Source of the DNA: Candidatus Aminicenantes bacterium
GTDB lineage: Bacteria; Acidobacteriota; Aminicenantia; Aminicenantales; UBA4085
Assembly (NCBI GenBank): GCA_026393855.1
Contig: JAPKZJ010000071.1
Coordinates: 12,567-76,566, forward strand
Length of the DNA: 64,000 nt
Reading direction: 5' to 3'
Part shown: positions 47,041-58,246 of the stretch, piece after piece
Numbering within the stretch: position 1 is the first letter of the stretch
Layout: the number at the start of each line of letters is the position of its first letter
Notes under the pieces: model-generated
Seen by the model: only the letters and a program-made list of their open reading frames with translations
Told to the model about the DNA's origin: nothing
Databases searched by the model: none
Made by a program: the position numbers and the translations under genes

Positions 47041-48078
47041 TCAACCGGTCAGGCGGCCGGTGTAGGCATAATCCATGGCCATGGCAGTTGCCAGCGAGAC
47101 GATGTCGAGCAGCTTTTCTTCGGCCCGCCGGGGACGATAATGCAGCCCCAAGACGCGAGCCCGGGACTCCAGCTTTCGCAGGATCGCCTCCCCCGACACC
47201 TCGGAGAGATTGGACCAGCGCACCACCCTACCGATGAGATGGTCGTGATGTTTTCGGAAAAGGTCCGCGGCAGGCCACAGGACTTCCCCTCGTAGAGGGG
47301 GGAAGACTTCGCGCAGCCGGTCATCGACGTAGCCGCGGGCGGCGCGGCGCAGTCGCTCAGCCCTTTTGCCGTAATGATCGGCCAGGGGATAAGTCATCCG
47401 CTCGATCGGTTTGAAGGTCCGGCCGCGATCAGCGAAGGGAGCCTCGTCCCGGATGCTCCGCATCAGGCCGTCGAGAAAGACGAGCTTGCGGTAAGCAGGC
47501 CAGAACCGGTAGCGCCGCCGCCACTCCCCCCGCGGCGTCAGCCAGACTGCAAAGGTTTCCGCGAAGTCCTCGTCGGGATGCTTCTGGGCGTATGTCCGGC
47601 CGTAGGGATAGGCGTCGATATGGCGGACGAATTCGCGGCTCGTCCGATCGGGGCGGAAGATGTCACGGTAAGGCCGGTGGAACACCCCGAAGTTCTCGAC
47701 CCAGCCGGGCCGCTTCCATAGCCGGTAAGCGTAGTTGACGGCGTGGCCGGCCTCGTGTCGGAGGAACATCATGATGCCGGGGCCGTCCTCCAGTTCCCCG
47801 TTCTGCTCCTCCTCGATCCGAGATAACCGGGGATCGGCCAGATAGAACGGGGCGCCGATAACCGGCGATCGGTCGGGACAGCCCCATCCGTCGGTCAGAT
47901 AGACTTGAGGGCGGAACGGAATCTTCTTGGCCTGAAGCTCGCGGTAGAGGCGCTGAACGGGCTTATCCAAGGGCGAACCTTCGACCCGCAGGCCGAGATC
48001 GGAGATCCGGGTGTTGAACAGCTCGCAACGGACCGTTTCCCAGCCCTGGACGAGCGATAGGACCGTTTTATCCGTCAC
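47041..48078 (-). CDS. Putative zinc-dependent metallopeptidase (HExxH; Peptidase_Mx-like)
   Basis: Single zincin motif MFLRHEAGHAVNYAY with a downstream E (DEDFAETFAVW); 345 aa; no signal peptide. Confidence 0.6.
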   Translation of the reverse strand: MTDKTVLSLVQGWETVRCELFNTRISDLGLRVEGSPLDKPVQRLYRELQAKKIPFRPQVYLTDGWGCPDRSPVIGAPFYLADPRLSRIEEEQNGELEDGPGIMMFLRHEAGHAVNYAYRLWKRPGWVENFGVFHRPYRDIFRPDRTSREFVRHIDAYPYGRTYAQKHPDEDFAETFAVWLTPRGEWRRRYRFWPAYRKLVFLDGLMRSIRDEAPFADRGRTFKPIERMTYPLADHYGKRAERLRRAARGYVDDRLREVFPPLRGEVLWPAADLFRKHHDHLIGRVVRWSNLSEVSGEAILRKLESRARVLGLHYRPRRAEEKLLDIVSLATAMAMDYAYTGRLTG

Positions 48079-48223
48079 TCCGCTTGCCTCCTCCGCCTTG
48101 GGCGGCGAGGGCCATTATATGGGAACCCGGACGATATGTCACTCCCGGCCCCCGTCCGGCCTTCGACCTTGTCTAAGTCCTCCCCCTGTGCTACTTATGG
48201 AACCGTTGGAAGGAGGAAGCCCC

Positions 48224-50236
48224 ATGACCAGCTTGAACCGCCGCGAATTCCTGACCCATATGACGGCCGGCGCGGTCGCCTTGGCGGCGCCCGGGCTGCC
48301 GGCCAAGGCCTCGGCCGGTGTTGCGGCCGATTTATCGGCCCCGGTTCCCTCGGGTCTGTCCGAACCCAAGTTCCGTCCGCTCCCCCTGGGCTCGATCCGG
48401 GCCCTCGGTTGGCTCGAACGCCAATTGCGCATCCAGGCCGACGGCTTGAGCGGCCATCTGGACGAATTCTGGCCCGATGTCCAACGCAGCAAATGGTTCG
48501 GGGGCGAGGCCGAAGGCTGGGAGCGCGCCCCTTATTGGATGGACGGCTTCATCCCTCTGGCCTGGAGCCTGGACGATCCAGGACTCAAAGCCAAAGCCTC
48601 GCGCCATATCGAGGAGATCGTCGCCGGCCAGCGGGCCGATGGCTGGTTCGCTCCCTACCCGGAGGACGCCGCGGTCAAGAAATACGACCTCTGGGCCATC
48701 CTCCTGGCCAATAAGATGCTGGCCCAGTATCATGACGCCACCGGCGACGACAAGGTCTTGCGGGCCGTCGAACGCAGCCTGCGGGCGATGGCGGCCGGGC
48801 TGGACCGCACGCCGCTATACGATTGGGGCCGCTACCGCTGGTTCGAAGGCCTTGTGCCGATCTTCCACGTCTACGAGCGGACTGGGGAGAAATGGCTGCT
48901 CGACTTGGGCCGCAAGCTGCGGGCCCAAGGCTTCGACTACGAAGCCTTCTACCGGGGCGAAGATGTGACCGTGCCGACTCCGCGCCGCGGCTTGTGGAAG
49001 TGGGCCAAGCACGTCGTCAACACGGGGATGGCCCCCAAAGCCTCGGCCCTGTCCTGGCGGCTCGGACCCGATCAGGGCGACCCGGCTTTCCCAGCCCGGA
49101 TGATCGCTCTGCTCGACCGCTACCACGGACAGGTCACGGGCATGTTCACCGGCGACGAGTGCCTGGCCGGCAAGAACCCTCTCCAAGGGACCGAGCTCTG
49201 CGCCGTGGTCGAGTTCATGTACTCACTTGAAGTCCTGCTCTCCGTGCTCGGCGATCCTGCCTTCGGGGACCGTCTGGAGCAAGTCGCCTTCAACGCCCTG
49301 CCGGCCGCCTTCACGCCGGACATGTGGGCTCACCAGTACGACCAGCAGGTCAATCAAATCCAGGCCACGATCAACCCCGACCACCTCTGGACCACCAACG
49401 GACCCGAGTCCAACATCTTCGGCCTGGAGCCGAACTTCGGCTGCTGCACGGCCAACATGCACCAGGGCTGGCCCAAGTTCGCGGCGCACCTCTGGATGAG
49501 GACGCCCGACGAAGGCCTGGCCGCCGTCGCCTACGCTCCCAGCCGGGCCCGCTTCCTCTCGCGCGGCGTCCCCGTGACGGCGGAGCTTCGGACCGACTAC
49601 CCGTTCCGGGAAACACTAACCGTGTCCGTGACGGCGGAACGGCCGGCCAAGTTCCCTCTCCTTCTCCGCGTCCCGGCCTGGGCTCAGGCCCCCACCCTGC
49701 GGGTCGCGGGCGGCGCAGCGACGCCGCTCCGGCCGGGAACGTTTCACCGGCTCGATCGCGAATGGGCCGGAACGGTAGAAATCGAGCTGCGTTTCCCGAT
49801 GCGGGCCGCAACAACAATCCGGTATAACGAGTCCGTCGCTGTCGAGCGGGGACCGCTGGTATACGCGCTCAAGCTGGGCGAAGAACGGACCCGGGTCAAC
49901 GCGGACAAGCCCCAGCGCGAACTGCCCCACGGCGATTTTGAGGTCCGGCCGACGACGCCATGGAACTACGGCCTCGTGGTGGACGACAAGGACGCGGCGG
50001 TCGGGTTGACGTTCGAGGAAAAGCCCGTCGGCGAGCGGCCCTTCTCACCCCAAGGGGCGGGCATGAGCGCCCGGGTCAAAGGGCGCCGGCTCAAATCCTG
50101 GCGCCTTGACCACGGCTGGGCGGCGGAGTATCCGCCGGGAATTCACGAATCCGCAGAGCCTCTGGAAGAACTGGAGCTTCTCCCCTACGGCTGCACCAAT
50201 ATCCGGCTGACCGAATTTCCGCGCTTAAAAAAATAG
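48224..50236 (+). CDS. Glycoside hydrolase family 127 (beta-L-arabinofuranosidase-like, DUF1680), Tat-exported
   Basis: ATG after AGGAGGA; Tat signal MTSLNRREFLTHMTAGAVALAAP. GH127 blocks including the ELCAVVEFMYSLE and NFGCCTANMHQGWPKF cysteine-containing regions. Confidence 0.75.
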   Translation: MTSLNRREFLTHMTAGAVALAAPGLPAKASAGVAADLSAPVPSGLSEPKFRPLPLGSIRALGWLERQLRIQADGLSGHLDEFWPDVQRSKWFGGEAEGWERAPYWMDGFIPLAWSLDDPGLKAKASRHIEEIVAGQRADGWFAPYPEDAAVKKYDLWAILLANKMLAQYHDATGDDKVLRAVERSLRAMAAGLDRTPLYDWGRYRWFEGLVPIFHVYERTGEKWLLDLGRKLRAQGFDYEAFYRGEDVTVPTPRRGLWKWAKHVVNTGMAPKASALSWRLGPDQGDPAFPARMIALLDRYHGQVTGMFTGDECLAGKNPLQGTELCAVVEFMYSLEVLLSVLGDPAFGDRLEQVAFNALPAAFTPDMWAHQYDQQVNQIQATINPDHLWTTNGPESNIFGLEPNFGCCTANMHQGWPKFAAHLWMRTPDEGLAAVAYAPSRARFLSRGVPVTAELRTDYPFRETLTVSVTAERPAKFPLLLRVPAWAQAPTLRVAGGAATPLRPGTFHRLDREWAGTVEIELRFPMRAATTIRYNESVAVERGPLVYALKLGEERTRVNADKPQRELPHGDFEVRPTTPWNYGLVVDDKDAAVGLTFEEKPVGERPFSPQGAGMSARVKGRRLKSWRLDHGWAAEYPPGIHESAEPLEELELLPYGCTNIRLTEFPRLKK

Positions 50237-50239
50237 GTT

Positions 50240-50576
50240 CTTCTCCCGTCTCCAGGAAACATCAGCGGTTCGGGGTGTCGGCCGACGGCGAAACCGCGCG
50301 GGTTCCGGCTTTTTACGCCTCTCCGCGAGGGGACCCAACGGGCGCCGAGGGCTGTTTGAGCACGCAACCGTTTAACGGAATCGAATGGGAGTGGGTGGTC
50401 TCCATGATCGGGCGATCTCGAATGCGGAGTTCCGCCCTCGCGGGGACTGTCGAAGCGACGTCCCTACGAGGACTGCGAAGCGCTGGAGGCGCCGAGCGGA
50501 TTAGCGTAAAAAGGAGTGGTGAACCCGCGCCGCCGGGACAACACCCCGGACCGCGTTTCCCGGAGTTGGGAGAACA
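50240..50576 (+). repeat. MITE-like intergenic repeat, copy E
   Basis: Ends TTCTCCCGTCTCCAGGAAAC / GTTTCCCGGAGTTGGGAGAA form an inverted pair. All modules are present, including the 75-nt core at 50422-50496 that is identical to copies C and D. Confidence 0.65.
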
Positions 50577-50591
50577 ACTAAAAAAAAAGAC

Positions 50592-51617
50592 TCAGAGCCG
50601 AATAGCCAGCCCTGCCGTCAGCTGAAACCCGGACAGCTCGCCGTTGGCGACCGTCGTTCCGGGCGCCGTGCTGTGGCCGATGGTGCTGAAGTTGGTCGTC
50701 AGGATGGGTGCCGCGTATTTTCCCCAGGCCGTCGTGGCGTTCTCCCAGCTGATGCCCCAGGTTCCGGAGAGGGAATAATCGGTCTCCGAAGGAACGGGGC
50801 TCTCCACGACCGTATGGATGGTGTGGGGGCCGTGGATCTTGGTCAGCTTGCGGAAGGCGTAGCCGCCCCGGCCGTAGATCTCCAAGAAGGGCAGGAGCTT
50901 GATCCTGATCTGGCCGCCCAGCTCGATGGCCACGCTGTCGGCGTGGCCCGTCAGCTCCATCGTCCGGGAGCTCGCGGACGTCGTCCCCGTCTCGGTGGTG
51001 ACGCTCTCGCGGCGTTGGTTCAAGACCTGGAAATCGGCCAGGATCGGGCCGCCCTGCAAGTATATTTCGGTCCGCAGGAACTTGAGCAGATTCCAGCCGA
51101 AATGGACCCCCAATTGAGGCATCCAGGCCTTGGCCGATACGACAAAGCCGGAGTTCGTATAGTGGGCGGTGAAGGGAACGCCGGTCGGTGGATTGGCAAC
51201 CTCGACATCCAGCCCCACGTCGGAGTTCTGAACGCCCTTCAAGTATTGCAAGCCGAAGGATAGGGCGAACGTCGGGCTGACCTGATAGCGCAGGTAGGCC
51301 CCGACCGGCGTCATCGCCGTGAGAGGCAGGAACGTCTTGCCCGCCGTGTAGCGGTATTCGGGCGTATAGGCGTCGCCGTACAAGTTGTCATAATAGGCAT
51401 ACTTCTTAACGTAGTAGTGTTGGAGATAAAGATTCTCGCCATCAACCGCACGGTTGATGTTGCCGGGCGCGATCCGGCTCCAGCCCCCGGTCAATTCGAT
51501 GGTGAAATTGGAGAAACTGAAAGGATTGCCTTCCTCCTGGGCTAGGCCGGGAGACGGCCAAAGAAAAGCGGCGGCGATGACGATGAAGGCGACGGCCGCG
51601 ATGGATTTATAATGCAC
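50592..51617 (-). CDS. Putative outer-membrane beta-barrel protein (porin-like), paralog 1
   Basis: GTG start 6 nt after AAGGAG; signal peptide IAAVAFIVIAAAFLWPSPGLAQE. The body alternates amphipathic strands and ends ...LTAGLAIRL. ~45% identical to the adjacent paralog. Confidence 0.5.
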   Translation of the reverse strand: MHYKSIAAVAFIVIAAAFLWPSPGLAQEEGNPFSFSNFTIELTGGWSRIAPGNINRAVDGENLYLQHYYVKKYAYYDNLYGDAYTPEYRYTAGKTFLPLTAMTPVGAYLRYQVSPTFALSFGLQYLKGVQNSDVGLDVEVANPPTGVPFTAHYTNSGFVVSAKAWMPQLGVHFGWNLLKFLRTEIYLQGGPILADFQVLNQRRESVTTETGTTSASSRTMELTGHADSVAIELGGQIRIKLLPFLEIYGRGGYAFRKLTKIHGPHTIHTVVESPVPSETDYSLSGTWGISWENATTAWGKYAAPILTTNFSTIGHSTAPGTTVANGELSGFQLTAGLAIRL

Positions 51618-51741
51618 GATTGGCTCCTTGGCCGATCCGCCCGCCTCGGCGGCCGGCGGACGCACTCGGCGGCGGAATTATGAAGCGGGATTGTAACGCG
51701 TTCCGGGAAACCGGGTCAACCGCAAAAGAACGGGGAGGATT

Positions 51742-52746
51742 TTAAAGCCGGATCGAGATTCCCGCCGTCATTTGAAAGCCGGACAGGTCGACGTTGGCGG
51801 ATGCCGTACCGAACATGCCGGAGTCAAAGGACCAAGCCTGGGTCCCATATTCGGTCGTCAGGGTAGGAGACGCATAGGCGCCCCAGGGGGTGTCGGCTTT
51901 CTCCCAAGTCCGGCCCCATATTCCTGTCAGCGAGTACAGCGTATCGGAAGGCACGGGGCTCTCCGCCACGGTCCGGATGGTTCGCGGGCCTCGGATTTTG
52001 GCCAGCTTGCGGAAGGCATAGCCGCCTTGTCCGTAGACTTCCAGAAAAGGCAGCAACTTGAACCGGACCTGGCCGCCCAGCTCGATGGCGACACTGGTGG
52101 AACGGCCCGTCATCTCCAGCGTCCGATAGCCGGACGCCGTCGTACATTCCGCGGCGGTCAGGCTCTCGCGACGCTGGCTCCAAATCCGGCAATCGCCCAG
52201 TATCGGGCCACCCAGTAAATAAATCTCCGTCCGCAAGGCCTTGAGCAGATCCCATCCGAAATGGGCCCCCAGTTGGGGCATCCAGGCCTTGACCGACTGG
52301 AGGAATCCCTGGTTCCGATAATGGGCGGTAAAGGGGATTCCGGCCGGGTCATTGCCGACTTCCACATCCAGCCCGACATCCGAAGTCCGCTCGCCGCGCA
52401 GATACTGCACGCCCAGAGACAGGGCAAAGGTAGGACTGACCTGGTAGCGAATGGAGGCGCCGATCGGTGTGACCGCTTCCAGCGGCAGGAAAGCCTTGCC
52501 GGCCGTATATCGATATACGGGCGCATAAGCGGCGTATTTTTTGAGGAAATAATGATCGAGGTAGAGATTCTCGTTCTGGGCAGCCGTTTTTAAATCGCCG
52601 AGTCCGGACCCGGCCCAGCCCCCCGCGAATTCGATCCGGAAGTTGGACCAGCGGAACGCATAGCCCTGCTCCTGGGCCCGGGCCAAAGAGGGCAAGAGAA
52701 CCGCCAGGGAAAGGCAGGCGATGATCCAGGCGCGACGACGGCTCAT
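51742..52746 (-). CDS. Putative outer-membrane beta-barrel protein (porin-like), paralog 2
   Basis: Signal peptide RRRAWIIACLSLAVLLPSLARAQE. Blocks shared with paralog 1 (RYQVSPTFALS, DVGLDVEV, GIPFTAHY, KAWMPQLG.HFGW, SVAIELGGQ.R.KLLPFLE.YG.GGYAFRKL); ends ...MTAGISIRL. Confidence 0.5.
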   Translation of the reverse strand: MSRRRAWIIACLSLAVLLPSLARAQEQGYAFRWSNFRIEFAGGWAGSGLGDLKTAAQNENLYLDHYFLKKYAAYAPVYRYTAGKAFLPLEAVTPIGASIRYQVSPTFALSLGVQYLRGERTSDVGLDVEVGNDPAGIPFTAHYRNQGFLQSVKAWMPQLGAHFGWDLLKALRTEIYLLGGPILGDCRIWSQRRESLTAAECTTASGYRTLEMTGRSTSVAIELGGQVRFKLLPFLEVYGQGGYAFRKLAKIRGPRTIRTVAESPVPSDTLYSLTGIWGRTWEKADTPWGAYASPTLTTEYGTQAWSFDSGMFGTASANVDLSGFQMTAGISIRL

Positions 52747-52813
52747 GGCAGTCCCCTTCAACCCCTTTAACGTCGGAACTTGCCGGAATTGTAACAAGAG
52801 CCGGAATTCTTTG

Positions 52814-53902
52814 TCAAACGGAGGGCGCGTCTGCGCCGCCCGGCAGGGGCAGGGCGACGAAGAAAGCGGCCCAGGCGCCGGGCTCGCTTTCGGCCCAGAT
52901 CCGCCCCTTGTGCTTCTCGACGATCGTGCGGCAGATGTAGAGCCCCAGGCCCGAGCCCTTGACGCCCTCGGTCCCCCGCTGTTTCAGGCGCTCGAAACGC
53001 TTGAACAAGCGGTTCCGGATGTCCTCGGGAGCGATCCCGACACCCTCGTTGCGGACGGACAGGACGATCTCGCCGCTCCGCCGCTCCAGCCCGATCCGGA
53101 CGGGCGTCTCGTCGCGGCCGTATTTCACGGCGTTGTTGACCAGGTTGCGGACGACGATCCGGAGAAGCTGGGGGTCCCCATGGATGGGCGGATCATCCGT
53201 GATCTCGGTCAGGATCGGCATCCGCCGCAGGTTGTCCCGGACCTCGGGCACCTCGACCACTTCCCGAATGACGTCGGCACCCAGCCGGATGTCCTTCTGG
53301 AAGGATTCGAGCCCGTCGATCTCCATCTTCGACAGATCGATGTACGAGCGGATGACGTCCTCCAGGTATTCGCAATTGCGGAGGATCGTCTCGACGATCT
53401 TGCGCTGGCCCGGCTCGAGTTTGCCGAAGTAGCCGCGGTAGAGGGTGTCAGCCGTAGTCTGGACGGTGGCCAGGGGGCTCTTGAGCTCATGCGAGACGAT
53501 AGCCATAAGGTCGAGCATGCGGGCCGGCCCCTTTTCGCGGCGCGCCCGGAAGGCATTGCGGACAACGTCCTTGATCTCCTCGGGCGTGAAGGGCTTGGGG
53601 ATGTAGTCGAAGGCGCCGTTCTTGAGCGCCTCGCGGGCCGTCTCGACGTTGGCGTAGCCGGTAAAAACGATGACGATGGTTTCCGGCCGCTCCTTGCGCA
53701 GGGCCTTGAGAACGTCGATGCCGCCCAAGCCGGGCATCTTAAGGTCGGTGACGACGACGTCGTAGTCGCGGCGGCGGGCCTTGTCCAGCCCCTCTTCGCC
53801 GGAGGTGGCGGTGTCGATCTCGATATCCTCGCGGGCGAAGATCCTGCGGCAGGACCGCAGGACGATGTCCTCGTCGTCGATGAACAGGATCGTGTCGGGC
53901 AT
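52814..53902 (-). CDS. Hybrid response regulator / histidine kinase (REC + HisKA + HATPase_c)
   Basis: REC domain MPDTILFIDDEDIVL...VVVTDLKMPGLGG; H-box IVSHELKSPL; N/G boxes NLVNNAVKYG and GSGLGLYICRTIV. Confidence 0.8.
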   Translation of the reverse strand: MPDTILFIDDEDIVLRSCRRIFAREDIEIDTATSGEEGLDKARRRDYDVVVTDLKMPGLGGIDVLKALRKERPETIVIVFTGYANVETAREALKNGAFDYIPKPFTPEEIKDVVRNAFRARREKGPARMLDLMAIVSHELKSPLATVQTTADTLYRGYFGKLEPGQRKIVETILRNCEYLEDVIRSYIDLSKMEIDGLESFQKDIRLGADVIREVVEVPEVRDNLRRMPILTEITDDPPIHGDPQLLRIVVRNLVNNAVKYGRDETPVRIGLERRSGEIVLSVRNEGVGIAPEDIRNRLFKRFERLKQRGTEGVKGSGLGLYICRTIVEKHKGRIWAESEPGAWAAFFVALPLPGGADAPSV

Positions 53903-53921
53903 GTCCCTTTTTCCCTTCGGT

Positions 53922-55840
<1,919 letters not shown>

Positions 55841-55844
<4 letters not shown>

Positions 55845-56245
55845 GGCAGGAGCCGGGCGATCACGGCCAAGAGCTCGTCGACATCGACGGGCTTGGTCAG
55901 GAAGGCCTCCACCCCAGGCAGGAAGTTGTCGGCCGGGTCGAGGCTGAAGCGCGAGTTCGTGACCTGGCCGATGGCGGTCAGGATGACGAGCGGGAGGTCC
56001 CGGACCTCGGCGTAGCGGGATCCGGGCCGCGGGTTGCGGATCTGGTCCGCAACCTCGAACCCGGCCGTGTCGGTCTCCATCATCACGTCCAGGATGACCA
56101 GGTCGGGCCGTTCGGCGAGGACGGCCCGCAAGCCGTCGGCGCCGCGATAGGCCGCCGCAACCTCGTAGCCTCGGACCCGCAGAACTTGGGACAGGCTTTC
56201 CACCAGGTCGCGGTCGTCGTCAACGATGAGAATCTTCTTGGCCAT
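55841..56245 (-). CDS. Single-domain response regulator (CheY-like receiver)
   Basis: MAKKILIVDDDRDLV...DLVILDVMME...TKPVDVDEL. Likely ATG at 56245 after GAGGG, directly downstream of hycG. Confidence 0.75.
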
Positions 56246-56253
56246 GGCCGCCC

Positions 56254-56784
56254 TCAATCCTTCAACAGCTTATAGATCGCGTTGCGATCTTCCCAGGCCT
56301 TGGTCCGCAGGGCGGCGTCGATCGGGAACTCGACCTGCTTCAGCTCGACCGGGGCCGACTTCTGGTCGACCAGGCCGAGGGCCAGGGCGACGCCGTAGAG
56401 AATGGCCTCGGGGCGCGGCGGGCAGCCCGGGATGTAATAGTCCACCGGGACGGCCGTGGCACCGCCGCCCGTGACGTGGTAGGTATCGAACCAGCAGCCG
56501 CCGCCGACGGCGCAGGATCCCACGCCGAAGACGAGCTTGGGAGCCGGCATGGCCTCGAAGGCCCGCTTGACGAGGGGGAAGGTCGGCCGGGTCACGGCGC
56601 CCGAGAGGAGCATGACGTCGGCGTGGCGGGGCGAGCCGACCAATTTGATCCCGAACCGCTCCACATCGTAGAACGGCGTCAGGATATTGAGGATCTCGAT
56701 GTCGCAGCCGTTGCAGGCGCCGCTGTTGCAGTGGTAGACCCAGAGGGATTTGGGAAATGCCTTTTTGGCCAGCTTGGTCAGCAT
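56254..56784 (-). CDS. hycG: Group-4 [NiFe]-hydrogenase small subunit (NuoB/HycG-like)
   Basis: NuoB-type cluster motifs WVYHCNSGACNGCDIE, GVGSCAVGGGCW and IPGCPPRPE. Confidence 0.8.
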   Translation of the reverse strand: MLTKLAKKAFPKSLWVYHCNSGACNGCDIEILNILTPFYDVERFGIKLVGSPRHADVMLLSGAVTRPTFPLVKRAFEAMPAPKLVFGVGSCAVGGGCWFDTYHVTGGGATAVPVDYYIPGCPPRPEAILYGVALALGLVDQKSAPVELKQVEFPIDAALRTKAWEDRNAIYKLLKD

Positions 56785-56785
56785 G

Positions 56786-57340
56786 TCACTCCTCCATCCG
56801 GGCCGGCCGCTCGACCCGTTCAGTCGCCGCCAGGGCGGCCGGATCGAAGCGGTCGGTCGTCCGGCGCAGGACCGTCCGCGCCTCGAGGCTGTCGTAGCGG
56901 TAGCCGCGCAGCCCCAGCTTATCCACGGCGTTGCGGATTTCCATGTCGTAGCAGCGCCCGCAGCGGTTGCAGGTGAGCATGAACAGCTCCAGGTTCTGGG
57001 TGATATCGGCCCGGTTCCCGGTAGCCAGCTCGAAATCGGAGGTCATGACGATGGCCTTTTCCGGGCACAGCTCGGCACAGCGGCCGCAGTAGGTGCAGCG
57101 CGAGCCGTCGTAGAGCAAAATCCGGATCTCGGGGCAGACATCCCGCACCAAGATGGTTCGGGCCGGGCAATGATCGGCGCAGCCGCCGCAGCCCAGGCAT
57201 TTGGTATGGTCCCAGGCGGGCTGGCCGCGAAAGTCCTTGGGCACAGGCCGTACCACCTTGGGATAGGCCAGGGTCACCCGGCCCGGCTTGAGAGCCAGGA
57301 CGATCTGTTTGAGCTTGCTGGCGAGCCACATGATTACCAT
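56786..57340 (-). CDS. hycF: 4Fe-4S ferredoxin subunit (NuoI/HycF-like)
   Basis: Two CxxCxxCxxxCP motifs (CLGCGGCADHCP, CTYCGRCAELCP) plus CNRCGRC. Confidence 0.75.
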   Translation of the reverse strand: MVIMWLASKLKQIVLALKPGRVTLAYPKVVRPVPKDFRGQPAWDHTKCLGCGGCADHCPARTILVRDVCPEIRILLYDGSRCTYCGRCAELCPEKAIVMTSDFELATGNRADITQNLELFMLTCNRCGRCYDMEIRNAVDKLGLRGYRYDSLEARTVLRRTTDRFDPAALAATERVERPARMEE

Positions 57341-58236
57341 CCCTTAACGGCCAGGCCGACGGCGGCCAAAGCCCAGACGATGAGGACGGCATAATAGCGG
57401 ACGGCCTGGTCGATCCGCAGGCGCGGGTTGGTGGCTCCGACCAGGCCGATGCCGGCGAAGAGGACCACCATGGCCAGGAGCTGCAGAACCAGGTCGAGCG
57501 GATAGATGCCGGTCCGCAGGACCGGAACGAAGGCCGAGACGAAGAGCCAAGCATAGAACATTCTCTTCATCATGGCCGCATACTTGAACAAGGCGAGGTT
57601 CGGCCCGCTGTACTCGATCATCGGGCCCTCGAGAAGCTCCACTTCGGCTTCGGCGATGTCGAAGGGCTGGCGGGCGACGAAGGCCTGCAGGGCCAGAAGA
57701 TAGACGGCCAGCATCAGCACGGACGACAGGCCGAAGCCCGCGCCCGCCGCGGACGGCATGGCCGCCGCCAGGGTCAGGGTCTTGAGCTTGACGGCGCCGA
57801 GGACAAGGGTCATGGCCAGGACCGGCTCGACCATGATCATGGTCACCATCTCCCGGCTGGCTCCGATCATCCCGAAAGTGTTCCGGCCGGCCAGGGCGCC
57901 CATCAGAACGGCGACGCCACCCAGGGTCAACAGGTAGACGACCAGGATGCCGTCCATCCGGCCGGCCAAGGCGTTCATCCGGAAGCCGAACGGCACGGCG
58001 GCAACGACGACCAGAATGGCGGCGAACGCCAGGAGCGGCGCCAGCCGGAAGGGCCAGGTGCCGGCCGAGTTCAGGCTCTCCTTGCCCAGCAGCTTGAATA
58101 AGTCGTAGTAGGGCTGGACGAGCGGCGGGCCCTGGCGCGACTGGATGCGGGCCGTGAGCTTGCGCAGCAGGCCCTCGAAGAGGGGCGCCAGGAGGAGGAA
58201 GATCAGGATGTTGATCAGGGGTAGGAAGTATCGCAT
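57334..58236 (-). CDS. hycD: Membrane subunit NuoH/HycD-like
   Basis: Eight predicted TM helices; EGLLRKLTARIQSRQGPP... characteristic of the NuoH/HycD family. Confidence 0.8.
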   Translation of the reverse strand: MRYFLPLINILIFLLLAPLFEGLLRKLTARIQSRQGPPLVQPYYDLFKLLGKESLNSAGTWPFRLAPLLAFAAILVVVAAVPFGFRMNALAGRMDGILVVYLLTLGGVAVLMGALAGRNTFGMIGASREMVTMIMVEPVLAMTLVLGAVKLKTLTLAAAMPSAAGAGFGLSSVLMLAVYLLALQAFVARQPFDIAEAEVELLEGPMIEYSGPNLALFKYAAMMKRMFYAWLFVSAFVPVLRTGIYPLDLVLQLLAMVVLFAGIGLVGATNPRLRIDQAVRYYAVLIVWALAAVGLAVKGW

Positions 58237-58246
58237 CGCTGACTCC

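Noticed and set aside
955-50576. CRISPR array hypothesis for the recurring repeats
   Set aside because: The repeats are 285-410 bp long and in both orientations, and their spacing is 2-13 kb and irregular. No short unique spacers and no cas genes are present.
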